Shown: in pieces, positions 13,410 to 28,247 of the stretch | How the letters are laid out: every line of letters starts with the position of its first letter | How positions within the stretch are numbered: position 1 is the first letter of the stretch | From: Podarcis vaucheri | Taxonomy: Eukaryota | Assembly: GCA_965113315.1 (NCBI GenBank) | Contig: OZ220366.1 | Direction: 5' to 3' (one strand) | DNA: 64,000 bases | The notes under the pieces: generated by a model | What the model was told of the DNA's origin: nothing | Seen by the model: only the letters and a program-made list of their open reading frames with translations | Database searches by the model: none | Translations under genes and position numbers: made by a program

Positions 13410-14210
13410 TAGTAGGTCAAAAAGCTAAGAGAGGTGCTTAACAGCAGTCAGAAGAGAAAAGTAAGCAGGGAGACATTACCCACTCCTAAAAGGAGTGGCG
13501 TATGCACACCACTTGACCTTTTTTCTAAGTTCTAAAAGTTTTCAAGATGTTGTTCTGCATAGGCAGTGATCTCAGAGACTATGAAGAACAGTGCTTTAAT
13601 TGATCATGGCTGAATACCCTTGTATCTGTTAATAACTGAACACTATAGATTTCTGATGGTTCAAAAAAGGAACCTAAGCCTCCTTTGCCCTGTGCCCCAC
13701 TTAGAATGTGCAAGCAGCTGTATCATTTTCACAACTTGTAATTTGCAGAGACTGCACCACAATTCTATCTAGTTTTGTTTCCTATTTTCCATTATCATGT
13801 GCAATGCAGTAGACTAGATTTTAACCTCTGCCCAATCCACTGACTTCAAATACCTGCTCAAAGCTTCAAACAGACATACGGTACTTCACATTCTTCCTCT
13901 TACAAGACATACTGTTAAAGTATTTCCTTAGCATTCTACCCATCCCATTAGCATCAGTTCAAGAATCCCTATATCAACTTCAAAGGGAGAAATATTACCA
14001 TATCAGCACTGCTCAGTAAGTGCTCGTTAATGCGGATCTGTCTGTCATGCAAGACAAACTATGCATTAGCATGACTTGTGTTTAAAGCACATGAGTAGAG
14101 TCATTCCCAGAGTCTTCAGCCTTTAATTTCCTGTGCAAAACATTCAGCAAAAGCCTTTAACGAGAACGGTAATCATCATTTTATCAGTAAAGTGGTCAAT
14201 ACCCCCCCTT

Positions 14211-14216
14211 CACACA

Positions 14217-14264
<48 letters not shown>
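14211..14264. repeat. (CA)n(GA)n compound microsatellite
   Basis: Seen directly. Confidence 0.95.
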
Positions 14265-14266
<2 letters not shown>

Positions 14267-14834
14267 TATAAACCTACCTAATTCTATATCTAAATTATTA
14301 ACTATGCATAGAAGCAAACTGTGGTCGTGCTGGTTGACTCTAGCTCCTCTCCTCTGCTCACACAGCACTCATGTGTTGAACAGCATGTGTACATGGCAAT
14401 CTACATACATAAACACTACTCGATTGTGTGATTTGTACACTCAATATTTTGCAGTATACTTATCACATGATTGGAGACTACATGCATTGGGATCTATGCA
14501 TGTATGTCGCTGTGCACACTTATCATCTAAGCAACTGGCATGCAGTAGCAGATAGCATGGTGGGGTGGTGCTGCTTAATTGACCTCTGGTTGGTCACCTT
14601 GTTGCTGCTTACTGGGAGGTAGAGGGGGAGTGGGGAGGTGGCAGCAAGGCCAGCATGGTGGAAATGCACTGGCAGAACTGCACCAATCTCACCCCTTCCC
14701 CTCTATCTCAGGTAAGCAGCAGCACTATGACCAACCAAAGGTCATGTGAGCAATGACGCCCCACTACACCATCTACACTGCTACCATGATTACAATCGCC
14801 TCACCATCACCACTTACAGGACATCTGCCAAGAG

Positions 14835-14837
<3 letters not shown>

Positions 14838-14880
<43 letters not shown>
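14838..14880. repeat. (CT)n microsatellite
   Basis: Seen directly. Confidence 0.95.
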
Positions 14881-14883
<3 letters not shown>

Positions 14884-17800
14884 CCAATTCTCAAAGCCCA
14901 ACACAGCTGTCCTAATGGTGGACTGATGATAGCAATGCCATTGACAAGTCTCTCCAGTACTGCTGCTGCTGGACAGATAAATTGATAAAAGAGGAAGTAG
15001 GATACTTCAGTTGAGAAAATATTCTTCAGAGGCAAAGGTATAATAGGATGAGGTTACAAGTTCAAAAATGCTGCACACCACAGTGTTCCACATAAGACCT
15101 TGAATTGAGAATTGCCTTTTCAATCCAGTGTCAAGAGCTTTTAAGGCCTTCACATTCAACAGAATAAAAAGTAGCGACTTTTCTTCAAATATATAAGGCA
15201 GCTATTTGTTTAATAACATCATGTTTATGGTGAAGGTTTTAGTAAGCAATGGAGTCTTGGTTTTTTTATTAGGGGTGCGTGTGCATGTGTGTGTGTGTGT
15301 GCGTGTGTGTCTATTTCTAGGCTCCAATTTCCTGTTTCATATCCAATAACATTCTAAGCTTATGCATCACTGCTGTTCTTGTTCTCAAATCTCGATAAAT
15401 ATGCTATAGTAAGCAATTATATCACAAATAAGACAATCTGTTGCCCTCTAAAGCAGACTAGTCATACCAAAGAGGAGGGGAGTCTTCTTTACAATCATGG
15501 TATCACACCAGCTTTTCCACAGAAACTTTACTACCTGTTTCGCATACAAATGTGGGTTCCCATTTTCAATCCAGCTCTATGTCTCTGTCTGTTCATTTTC
15601 CCTTTCATTATAGCCCAGTCTGCTGGCAGCATACAGACAGCACATTCATTGTTAGAAAGAAAGGAACACACAGCCTAGAAATTCAATGAGTAGACGGCCC
15701 AATGAAAGACCGCCATGTTCTGACTATATTGTGGGGAAATTCAACACTAGAATTTTAGCAGAGAGAATCTCAGCAGCTGATTCCTATCTTGCTGTGTGTT
15801 TACCAAATAATAACAGTAGGAAATGGGCCACCCAGCAGCAATCCCATCTTGGGCAAGGCTGCACATTTTATACAAGAGGCATATCTGTAGCCCAAGGCCC
15901 TTTTGAGAGAGGCAATCAGGAGGAGAGAACTGGCGGGCCAGGAGGAGGTGCTTAACATTTTCTAGTTTCAGCGCTTCATATCATCTCTCCCAATGGTTCT
16001 CTTCATGCAATAAAAAAAGGGAATGAAGTTACCTCTATTTGCCAGTATACTCCCAAATTGAGAGATCTGTGTATACCAAGATGCATTTCTGCACAGATGG
16101 GTGGCCATGTTAATTTCAACAGTGGGCACAGGCACAAAGGAATGCAGTATGGATCTGCTTCCTCCACTGTAATAAGGAGGAAAGCTGTAGAAACACAGGA
16201 AGGGAGGAGACCTGGGTATCTACCAGAGCTCTTGCACCTCAGAAAACATCACTGGATCAAAGATCTGTCTTTCTTTCACTTTCTTCAATGTGTCAGCTCC
16301 GCCAACAAAAAAATGCAATTGACTTCTGGTGGCTAGGACTGAACAGATATTCCTTTCTTTTACCTTGTTCTATTATTCCACAATCACAGTTAAAATAGCA
16401 TCCTGTGTAAATTATACTTTGCTCTAAAGCTGCGCAGTTTCTAGCCACCATTTCAAATGCAGCTTAACACCACGCAACCTAGAGAAATGGAGAAAACACA
16501 TGCACAAAGTGTCAATTTTGTATTTTAGTCAGGCCAAGGTTGTAATTTTAGAAATTACCTCTGTGAAAGAGATCTGTGTGGCAGCTCTCTCCTGTGGAAG
16601 TCAGGGGAGCTTAAGTGGTCAAAATGATTATATGTTGGGTAGAAAAGTTTCCTTTGGAGGTAGTTAAGGAAACACTATTCATCCTGTAAGATGTGTTCAT
16701 GCTCTTGTGCTCATGCTCATAGAAAAGCATAACTGAACAGTTTACTGGGTCACATCTCCCCTGGACCTCCTCCAGCACTCCTGTCATTTGCCAATGTCAG
16801 GTGTGCATAATATAAGCCTCTTGCTGCCCTTAATCCTAACTTTTGGCAGATGCTTGTGAGCCTTGAAAACTAAACCATGAACTGTAAAATAATTCAGATC
16901 TGTCATGGAGATTTCAGCATACCAAATAGTAACACTGCCTGCCCTACTCTCATTTCTTCACTGGCTGTAAACAAGAAAACAAAGATTCTCTCCCTCTGTT
17001 TTTGTTTTCAGCCTTGCCATACACAGTTTCTTTTAGATAAAAAAAACACAGATTGCTCCTCAGAATTAGGAGACGGGGAAGGAGAGCAGAGGTTAGAAAA
17101 AGTGCCTAGTGAATGATGTATTCAAGAAACTAATTTTTCATAAAACCAATTGAATTAATATTCAATTTATATATTTGTTTAAGCATTGATAAACTAGGTA
17201 TTTGGCAATTAAAAAAACGCTGGGAAGGAGGAATCATGAGGAATAAGTCTCTAGCTATTTTTACTACTCTAAGCTCATCTGGGCACCCGGTGAGCCTCTC
17301 TGGGAAGAGCATTCCACCGCTGGGGAGCCAACACCAAGAAGCCACCCACTTCCCTCCAGATGCCAAGGGCAACTGGAAGAACTACATCTCTTGTGGTTTC
17401 CTATGCCCAGACTGTCACACTGTTAGTCAGGAGGAGTGAAGGAAGAAAAAACTTCCCTTTGTTATCTTCCCGCATGCCTTTGCTGCTACTCCACCAACAA
17501 GTTAAGGGAAGAGGGGTACAGGTAGCTTAAGGGGAACAGGAAAGGTAGCAAAGATGGCTGGGAAAGGCCAGTTCTTCTCCCACTGATCAGAACAAAATCC
17601 AAGCTGAATGAAAATTTGGGAGCTAGCTCACCTCAATTTTGTGATGTGCTTTAATAAGCCCCTGGCTTAGTTTCTGAGCCCCTTGTGGGATAAGTAGTAT
17701 TCCTAATTCTTTTGAAATCTATATGTAAATATGCTCCATTAAGCAATAAATGTATATTTACACAATCCACTTAGAAAAAAGCCACAACCCAATGAACAAG

Positions 17801-20800
17801 CTGCAACCCAATAAATAAGATGCTGTTTACCTGTAGCCTTGCCCACCCCCATCCCAGCATGCCTTTATAATATCTACTATCTAATACTGTGAAAGTAAAC
17901 AAGCTTTGTTTCTGCAATTCTTCCTTTAGATAATGTACACTTCAATGCAAGTTCTTAGTTAAATATGTGACTCTCTGAAATCTGTGAATGTATAATAAAG
18001 AATTATATTGCACTGACCGTCCACATTCATGTGGTTGGTAGATTGCTACAGAATCTGGCCTCCGAGAGATGGTACTGAATGAATTTTACACCAAAAGTAT
18101 GGGACTTGCATGTCTGACAGCTGTAAACTAAGTGGTTGACTGAAGACTGGCAACTGTTACAAGTTAATGGACAGGCTGGCATTAAGAACCAGCTGAAAGA
18201 ACATCTAATTAAGCTCCAAACTTTACAAGCTGTCAAGAAGGCTTTAAGATTTCCCAAACAATTGGCAGTGTTTGATTTTTGTCCTTCAAGTGCTATACAG
18301 CAACATCTCCCAGTTTTGCACAGAACTGTACAGGCCTTGAAGTGCTACTCCACAGAGTTTTTCTCTTACTTCCAAGGCCAATCTTTTGCTCAGGCACAAC
18401 GATCAGTTGGCTGCTTGCCTCTCCCTTGGGTGTAAAAATGCTCCCTTAACTGCATTATGGAAGTAACAACTGCACTTCCTATTAGGAGAAAAACCAGTGG
18501 CACAATATAAAAGGGTATTATTTTTCCCTCTTGAGGAAAGCACGGGGAAACTGGAGCCACAGAAAATTTAGTGCAGCTACAGATAAATACAACACCATTG
18601 ATTACACTGGAGTTTGTCACCTAAAAACTTGACCAGAGATGCATACTCCCAAATGCTATGGGGACATGCACAGGAGGACTTCAAATGGGCATGGTTCCTT
18701 GGCACACGTCCATGGAATGCCTGACATCTCTTCACCCTTTACGTGTCTAACTGCAGCAAGCATTAGTGCACTCACAATGCAACATAGTGTAAAGCGGCTC
18801 TCAGTGTAAACTTTAATATTCTCATCCAGATCTGGCATTCCAAAAGATCTTTAGTCAAAACCATTATTTTGTAGATACACTTACAAGTGAGCTCTTCCAG
18901 TTCTGTAAACAGTAAACAATTCCCTTTCCTCTCACATTAGTTGTTTTTATAGTTCTAAGCACTTTCTCCGTGCAACCAGTGGAATGCATGGAAGGGGAAT
19001 CAGTTGTCAAAGTTCTTAGATAATCAGTGCCTCCTTGCAAGGAGCGGCAACACCAGTTAGGTTGATAGAAGCAGTAGTCTGTCCTTTGCTGGGAAAGGAG
19101 GCTTCCTTTTGATGCCACCTACTTGAATAACTATTGGTCGCTTTCCAACATATGATTCTCAGGGAAGGTTTTGGAGCATGAAGTACCATCTTAGCTCATT
19201 GGATTCCTGAATTCTGTTCATTCTGGTTTCTGATTTGGCTTTGGGGCCAGAATAGATGTTCATAGTTTTGGAACTGCAACTGGATCCAGCTTTGCTCCTG
19301 GGTAAATAAGTGGCAACCGAGCCACAAGTGCTTTTGCACAGCCTCACCAGGTATTCCACTTTGTATGCCATGGTTACTTGCAGGTTACATTGCTGTAGCA
19401 TGCTCTGTGTGAGGCTGCCATTGAAAACTGTCAGGAAAATTCGGATGGTGCAAATGCAGCAACTATCCTGTTGACTGGGGCCTGTTTTTGTGACCATGGA
19501 ACACACAAATTGTACCAACTTCATAAGCTCTCATTTGCTTCTGTGTTGGGGCTGATCTAAGTTTTTTTTGCTGTCTCAGGTGAAGGACACAATGGTGCCC
19601 CAACCCACTTCCACATACAGAAGCCTACCAGACGTAGCTGTGAGGAGACACAGCAATTGACTGTGGGCAGCAGCTCCAATTACAGTGCACAAAGCAGGCT
19701 GCAACACCTTCTCACTGATCTGCACACTCTGGCATCTACCACCAGAGGTAGTTACCTCAGTTTGCCTTATGTTAGAGCCAGTGCTGCTTCCACATTCAAA
19801 CTGTTGGGTTTTAGTCTTTAAAGCCCTAACCTGTTAGGGATCTGGATAGGTGAAGGTATCACATGCCAACTTGCCTGCACACTTGAGTTTTCATAGGAAA
19901 CCCTGCTACATGTCCCATCTCTATTGCTAGCACTATAGTTCTCTATAATAGCTCTTGTCAGGAGCAACTGGTAGCATAGTGACAACCTTCCAACAGCAGT
20001 GTCACTGCCACTTACCAGGTTGGGGTGAGGGAAAGGGCATACCAGTAGGAGATCCAGCAGTGTGTGGGCACAATACCTATCTCACAGCCACCCTACACCC
20101 ATACCATTCCAATGGCGACACTGCTGCCTGAAGGCTAGTTTCATGGCAATGCCCTATCAGCCACTTCTAGTCCAAGTCGTAGGACATCTTGTCTCAAGAA
20201 ATACAAGTAGCCGCCTTTCTGTTTTTAGATGCCAAGTACCGTAGTTATTGAAAGCTGCTTTCTGCCTTTAAAGTTGTTATTGGTGCTGTTCCTTGTTTGG
20301 GCTTTCATCTTTGTTTTAGTCAGCTTGGGTTCTCGATTGTTTAGCCAAAAGGTAAGATATTAATGTTTGAATAAATAAATGAAGCAAAAACAGAATATTT
20401 GTGAGAAACAATAAGGACCAAGACATAATAAATAAAAATGCTTCAGACAAAACATTCCACTATTAAATATTTAAAACAAACTGGAAAACCGCAGAAGCAG
20501 TGAAAAGAAAATCCCATTATTTGTCTGGAATTTCATCTCATGAGAGCGTAACATCCAAAAAGCATGGCAAGAATTAAAATTTCAGATGAAAAGCCACACA
20601 CATCTCCTCCCTCTCCTCCTCCTCCTCCTGCTGCTTCTTTTGGTAAGAATGCAAACCACCAATGTAACTAAAACCACTCATTTCAAAATTCAAATTAAAC
20701 CTTGGTTCTGTGTGTATTATAAATTTATATAAACAGCACTTCCAATTGTATATAATATAGCAGGTTGCAATGCATCCAACTTTTCTCTGTATTGGTACTG

Positions 20801-23800
20801 TTCTGTTTGGAGGAGGAGTCCATGCATTTTCCACTCTTACTGCACTAGTTCTGTTTAGTCTCTATTGGCTTATTATTTAATTCCCTTTAGATCCCTTTCT
20901 CTTTGGTGTCTCTTTTACCACTGTTCCAATTTGCCGAATGGAAACAGCACTGCAGCAGTCAAATGACTCCAGGAACTATGTCACTGTGGTGTTTTGTTTT
21001 GTTTTGTTTTTTACCTATTAACTCATATCTCTCATTTTCCAAGCTCGCAAAAGCCAGGGGGTTACCCTTAGGAACTGCCAGACAGCCTGCAATGGGAGGA
21101 GGCTTCCAGAATAGCAGGCTGGGATCCTGAACCTCTATATCTATTGTAGAAATTGGTGTGGGGCAGGGATGTAACAGCAGCCAGTCTAGTACCAGGATGA
21201 TGGGTATCCTGTGCATCACGACAAAGCAGTGAGCATGAGGGGAGCCATTTGCACATTCTTTCTCTTCCTCTCATACACACCCTTGGGGTGGCAAGGAAGG
21301 TGCACAGTGTGTGCTCTTACAAGAATAGGAATTCTCCCCACACATCTTCCATCCCATCACCACTTCACTCCCCACAGCCTGCCAAATGGCAGCCCAGCAA
21401 GCGGAGTGCTGTTTCCTTTGGAAGAAATCTATATGTATAACTACCAGTATATATCTATATCTATTCATTGCAATATAAGTGACCTATACACTTAATGTTT
21501 GCAGTGGGGTTGTTGTTGTTTTTAAGATAAGTGGTTGGGACAATCTTTACTTGTAAGTGAAAATTATTGTCTCAGCTTCTTTGGAAAGCGGCAATTTCAT
21601 TACCATTCTGAGGAGACTGTTGTTTCCTTAAAGAGCATCACATTTGACATGAATTTGGCCGTGAAAGAGCCAAATTAATGATTCTGATTTGAATCTGAGA
21701 TGAATGCACAGCTAGCATTTGTGAATAAGCAAGTGAATAACACAATGGTTTGAATAATCAGTTCAGGAACTGGTCAAACAAAATCTTTCCAAACGAAAAG
21801 TCCAGCTGTACTGAGACTGGTTCCTTCATGAAGTCTGAATCACAAAGCCAAACCTTTTAATAAGGCTGCCTAATCACCACAGTTAGAAGCCAGGCTTACA
21901 AGACCTCTATCTGGCACCAATCTCAAGGTCAGGATATAGTTGAACAATCAGTTCATTTAGAAAGTGATGAGTTTGCTCTTTCAGGAGTTAACAGAGTCCA
22001 AATATCTTTGCTTCACACAGAAATACAGGAATATCAAGTGATGAAAGGGAAGGAGTTCCTTTTTGGTGAGAATCACAGCATCCTCTGAAATATTAATGAA
22101 GCCCTTTTATATGCCAGAGTCTAAAAAGGACTTTGAATAATACATTGGAAAGCAACAGCAGCAGTTCAGCCATTGAATTCTCTTCGCTCTTCACAGACGC
22201 AGCTAACACATTTTTTTTAAAAATGGAAATAATGTCTAGGCCAGCCTAGCCCAAAACATGTGGAGAGCACCACGTTGGGGAAGGCTGGTCTTGGTTTACA
22301 GGGGAAGATGAGAATTCTTTTTTTAAAAAATCAAATTTATTGATTTTTTAACATAAAATACAATAAAAGCCAATCTAATCTAAAGAAGATAAATAAAAGA
22401 GAAACAAGAATAAGCAAGAGAAGAGAAAAAATAAAGAGAAAAAGAAAAGAAGAAATAATATAAACAAATAAATAATCAGACAAACACAAGGTCCTCTATA
22501 ATAATTGTATCTTAATCCTTATTCCACCCACAGAACGGTGAACCCTCCCAGCTCTCACCTGAGAGCTTCCCCTCTTCTCCCAGCCTCCCACCTGAGGAGG
22601 TTCTCTCTACCCTGCCCCTCGTGCAGGGCCCTTCATCAGGAAGATGATAATTCAAGCTGAGGAGAAACTGTCCAACAGTCCTTCTCTACACAGAGGATGA
22701 AAGAGATGAATCTGAGATGGTTTGGGAATAAATGGATAGAACACAAAGGCAGAGGAAAACTACAAAGGTATGAATGGGGGATAGAGGCAAAGTCAAGACT
22801 AAAACCCCAAATTTTGAAGCCTGAAACACTCTTGTAAAACTGGAGGGTTTAGGTCCACCGGTCTGGGTAGGACATAAAAATATCCACTCCCTTCAGCACT
22901 TGCTGAAAGACTTGCTTTAGAAGCAGAGTATTAAGCAGCTGTCCACATAACATGCTAGTAAACAGCCTGATATGTTTGGGGCTTTTGATGTTTATATAAA
23001 CAGCAGTGTGACCTGCTTTCCCCCTAACTGACAAGTGAAGATGTTGCTATAATTGGCTTTGGAACGAGTCATCCAGAAGGCAATGTAACCACTCCCAATC
23101 AGCGCTGTTTTTCTATATCTAACTGACACAATAATTTCCAAGTGCAATAAATTGTTACATATTAAGCCAGCACCTAAAGACACCAACTGGACTTTGATTC
23201 TCCATCATCTTATATGAGAACCACACAGTCCCTGCCCAGAAGAGGGGGAGGGGAACAATGGTAAACAGAAGTGCAACAATGAGTTTAATTAAAGAGGAAT
23301 AAGCAATTATTGGGGTGTGGACAAATGTTTAATGGCTGAATATAACAGATTGATTGTGACAATGAAGGAAAAGGGCAGGGACAAGGGAAGATGAAAATGC
23401 AGAAAAGAAAGAAGCCTGCGATAAGCAAAAATGATCAGTATCCTCCCCAAACTCCATTTTGGAACATTCTGCTGAGATACCAGCATTCTGTTGCACAGAA
23501 AACGGCTCAGGTTGGCTTGCTATTGCTGTGAATTGTGATCCGGAAGCTTTTATTGGGCACTCATATACTGCTCTCCCAATATAATAAGTAGGGGGGAAAT
23601 GTTTTGTTTATTTAAAATATTTTTATCCTGCCTTTAATCGTACTGGATGATCCTAGAGCAGGCTACAATCAGTTGCCAATAAAATACATAGAATATGTAG
23701 TTAGTACGTAATTTTAAGAAGACAATTATCAAAGAGAAACACTAATATACATAATGGGGGAAGTCTAAAAACTTGTCCACCCATTCAGGACTGGTATAAA

Positions 23801-23841
23801 ATAGAATAGAAGCAGCCAATGTTGCATCTTCCACATATCAA

Positions 23842-23936
23842 TGGACTCCCAGCCCACATCAGCCCGATCAAGAATGGCCAACAGTCAGAGATGATGGAAG
23901 TCCAACAACATCTGAGGGCCACAAGCTGCCCAGACC
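23842..23936. mobile_element. MITE fragment, inverted twin of 28153-28247
   Basis: 93/95 identity to the reverse complement of 28153-28247. Confidence 0.8.
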
Positions 23937-24214
23937 TGAAATAAACATATGGAGCTTCAGCCAAAAGTAATGCATACAATACCAGTAGTCCACTGGGAAC
24001 AAGATAAAGGCCTAGACACAAGCCCTGTTGAGGTGTTTTGCATTACGCAGTTACAATCACATGAGGGAAAGATCAGGGCCACAGCTGCCGACGTGAGCTC
24101 CATGCTCCATACCACTTCCGGTCTCCCTAATTGCAGTAGCTTCTAAATAATGCAGGATGCCTAGATGCATTGAGCAGACTTTCCTCTTCAGACATTTCAT
24201 CCCAATATGTAGAT

Positions 24215-24350
24215 CAGGCTTCCTCAACCTCGGTCCTCCAGATGTTTTTGGCCTACAACTCCCATGATCCCTAGCTAGCAGGACCATTGGTCAGGGATGA
24301 TGGGAATTGTAGTCTCAAAACATCTGGAGGGCTGAGGCTGAGGAAGCCTG
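24215..24350. mobile_element. 136-bp palindromic hAT-type MITE
   Basis: TIRs CAGGCTTCCTCAACC and GGCTGAGGAAGCCTG; TSD atgtagat/gtgcagat (6/8); same family as 13051-13186. Confidence 0.88.
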
Positions 24351-24862
24351 GTGCAGATGGTAGGGCCAGTGCCAGAAAGCTTGGGCCTGCGTTCTTCCCT
24401 CACAGGATTATAACAGTGTGGGGCATAATATTGGAACAGGGTTACAGGGAACTGCCCTGAGACCTGTGGGTGTAGTATAGAAATTCAATTAATAGTAATA
24501 ATAATAAAGTATTGCCTAGGGCCTCTGGGTGAATTGTGTGACTGAGGCTTCACCTACATCTCTGTTTAACCCTTTGATCCTTTGAAATTTCAAGATTTTG
24601 AAGTTGCTATTTTATTTACTTATTGAGGGGTTTTTTAGTTTACCTTTCAGGGCCAAAAACACACAAAAAATGTGTTTTTCTCAAACACATTATGTGCAGC
24701 CTTTTGTCCCAACCCAGAGATTGTATTAATTGGAGAAATGTATTACAAGGACAAGAGACAAATAATGAGGTCCCCTCCCCCACAAATAAAATGTGGTTCA
24801 AAAGGATCATCCATCTCCTCAAATTTCTCTGTGGAGAGAAGCTATATACTAACCATTAATGT

Positions 24863-25050
24863 CTCCGCTAACCCAGAAATAGTACCTCAGGTTAAGAACT
24901 TTGCCTCAGGATGAGAACAGAAATTGTGCTCCGGCGGCACGGCAGCAGCAGGAGGCCCCATAAGCTAAAGTGGTGCTTCAGGTTAAGAACAGTTTCAGGT
25001 TAAGAACAGACCTCCGGAACGAATTAAGTACTTAACCCAAGGTACCACTG
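24863..25050 (-). mobile_element. Truncated second copy of the same Tc1/mariner MITE
   Basis: Reverse-complement match to about 48920-49108; only one TIR (GGTACCACTG followed by TA) is retained. Confidence 0.85.
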
Positions 25051-28000
25051 TATGCTTGAAAGGACACTACAAACATTTTTGTGGGGACTGTATTATATAT
25101 AACTAGACTTGTACACAGTTATTGTTGTTATAAGTTTTATTATTTTGGAAAATAGTTTTTTTACGGGGTGAGGGGAGTGCTGTTTGAAGCAGCCCACCCT
25201 TCATTTAAAGGAGATGGGTTGCCACTGCTTCAAACAATCTCGCATTAGCTGTTAACTCTTTCCCACTAATATAAATGGAACTTAAAAGAGCTTAACCTTG
25301 GCTGGATCATACCCATTTTGCCCCAGTCCTGCTTTCAAAGGCCCATGTATTTCCATGAATGCTCCATGGCCTTTGCCCAGAAAAGACCACAGAGTAGGAG
25401 GCTACACAGTCTAAGAAAAAATGCTAAATTTGCCTTTGCATTTAACTTGTGTTTTTAAAAATGTGATGTATAATAATTTTAAATAATAACAATAATTTTA
25501 TTATTTATACCCCGCCTATTTGGCTTAATAGTGAATAGTGTCAGCTGGGGGAGAAGCAGATTGCTGCCTCAAGTTTGCCCTGGGCAATTGTTAAGCCTTC
25601 CCGCTCCTAACTCTTCAACTACTGCTTAGTCTGTTTGGAAAAATGTAGTTCTTTTTTTTTTATGGTAGATTCACATTTCCCCATTCAGTCTTTCCATTTG
25701 TTGTAGCTTCTTGAGGTTATTTTGTGGTATTGGAAGAAGGAATTGGCTGATCTGTTCCATGCAATGTGTCACAAACATTATTATGATTACAGGATAAAGC
25801 AAGTGGGGTAAGAAGCTGCACATTCAGCCATTTTCACTGAAGGGACTATAATTTTAATATTATTCAGCCCAATATAAACCGTGCATACAATCAGTATCAT
25901 CTTACTGGATAATATTATGCTGGGAGTCAGAATGTTAACAATGTATCTAAGCATTTCTTAATAATAACCCAGAGCTCTAATGCTAGCCATTTCTGACTTT
26001 TCAAAAAAGCATACGTATTGACCTTGATATCATCAAGACCAAAACTACTGCTTAGATAAAATATGTTCCTACCCTCAGGATTTGTTGTTTCTTGACAGGA
26101 ATACAATAAAGCACTAAAATGTAAGCATGAATATATTGGCCATAGTTAAACAAAAATAAAAAAAGAAAAGGAAATAATTTTTATTTAGATTAGTATTTTA
26201 TTTTATTTTTGTATTATGAAACATCCTAATAAAATCTTATTTTTTAAAAAGAATATATTGGCCATAGCAAAGAATAACAATACACTGCCTTTGGTATAAC
26301 AACAGCTGTATTCTGTCTCTGCTGAACACCAATTGCTGGAAATCACAAGTGTGGAGAGTGAAGTTAGGTCTTGCTTGTGGGTTTCCCTTAAGCATCTGAC
26401 AGCCCACTGTGAGAACAAGATACTGAAGCAGATGAGCCTTTGGCCTGATCCAGTTGGGTTCTTACGTCTTTAAAATGACTTGCTGGCCGTTGGGACAAAA
26501 GAATTCTTCACTAGCAAGAAAAATTGGGTCACTCTGGCAACTATCTTTCGTTACCACTCTTCAAAATCAGCTACCATCACACTTGCCACATCCATTCCCA
26601 GTCATTAAGGCACCTCTATAAACAACACTGCAGTACTCAATAATTTAAACTCGATCTAAAATAAGAACTCAAAGCAAACCAAAACATCTAAACTTTTATA
26701 AAGTTGGTATTACTTTGGCCTGTAGTGAAGTTTGCAAAGGAACTGATTTTGTATGCTCAACCAAGTCTGGCCAGAATTCACAGCCAGCTCAGACTGCAAT
26801 GTGAGGCAGGCATCGGGAACCTTTCCCAGGCATAAGTAGCGCAGCTAAATCAGGAGACCTAGACAAAATTTGGGGCAGGATCAGGCCTATAAGCCTCAGA
26901 GTGGAACAGCAAGCAAGACAGTATTCAGAACAGACACCACCAGCCCAGGAAAGAGGATTGTAGGGAAAGCACAGCTCCTGCCCAATGGCAATCAGCACTT
27001 CTCCTTGATAGTTGGGTCTAGGCAGGTCTAGCTGGGAAAGTGATCCAAATTTTCTCATAGTCATATGAAACTTTTGAGTTTTGACAGCTGCCACACTACT
27101 GAGATAATAGCTGAACTGGGCACAAGTCCACTATACTCAAAACAAAGGAGGTGAACAGCAGGCTACAATGAATGCATTACAGACAGATTTTGTGCAGAGA
27201 AACAGCAGGCGAGGGGGCAGAAAGACTTGTGTTTCTCTGGTGACTAATGTGCAGCAGCAAGTGAAAATACTCACAGGTAGAGAATAAGGCATTTGTCCAT
27301 CTCTAGTTCGATTCAGGTCTCACATAACTTTCATAATTCTTCTCAGGAATAGAGTATTTAATATTAGCAAAGCTGAAGATTCATCAGGTAAACAGACCAA
27401 TTAGAGGCTCACAGAATCACAGACTTGGAAGGTAATGACTCAAAGGTCATGTAGCCCAATCTCCTGCTAATGTAGGAAATCCATTACTACCGCTCAATTT
27501 TTTTAAAAAATATTGCTTAAGCCTTGATAAATATTTGTTATATACAGAAAATATGAAAAAGTCAAGTATGTGTGACTGATTAAATTACTGATTAAAGCTA
27601 CAGCAGGGGAACAACCAAACTAGTTTGATTTTGTGTGATTTGCTTAGTTTCCTTGTTTAATGAAGTTGAACAGTTACTCTACCTAGTTCATTTGGAATAA
27701 ATTCAATAAAGTAATCAAAGTTAAAGCTCTACTTCATTAAGCAGCTAAATTATGCAAAGAAGAAAAGTGAAAAATCATGTTATTTGCAATGTAAAAAACA
27801 TGAAAATTAAGCAAATGCACACATTTTTGTTACATTTTTGACAGCCCTATTCTTTTTAAAGGATCATAGCTCTTGTGCAAAGACATGACCTAAAGCTTCA
27901 GTGCTCCAGCAGGATGTAAAAAGTACATCAGCCAGAAACAAACAAGAATGTGGTCAATAATAACCACATCTGGAAAGGATAACCCAAGTTAGATCAATGA

Positions 28001-28152
28001 CACAAGATCAAAACTGATAGTTTGGGATCCACTAACAGGCCATGGCTTGATCTAAGATAGATCACAACTGTAGCACAACCACCATACAAATATATGGTGT
28101 AAACTTAAGAAATGGGTCTCTAAAAGCATGTTTTGATTAAAGGTGAGTCCTG

Positions 28153-28247
28153 GGTCTGGGCAACTTGTGGCCCTCAGATGTTGTTGGACTTCCATCATCT
28201 CTGACTGTTGGCCATTCTTGATTGGGCTGATGTGGGCTGGGAGTCCA
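28153..28247. mobile_element. MITE fragment, inverted twin of 23842-23936
   Basis: 93/95 identity to the reverse complement of 23842-23936. Confidence 0.8.
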
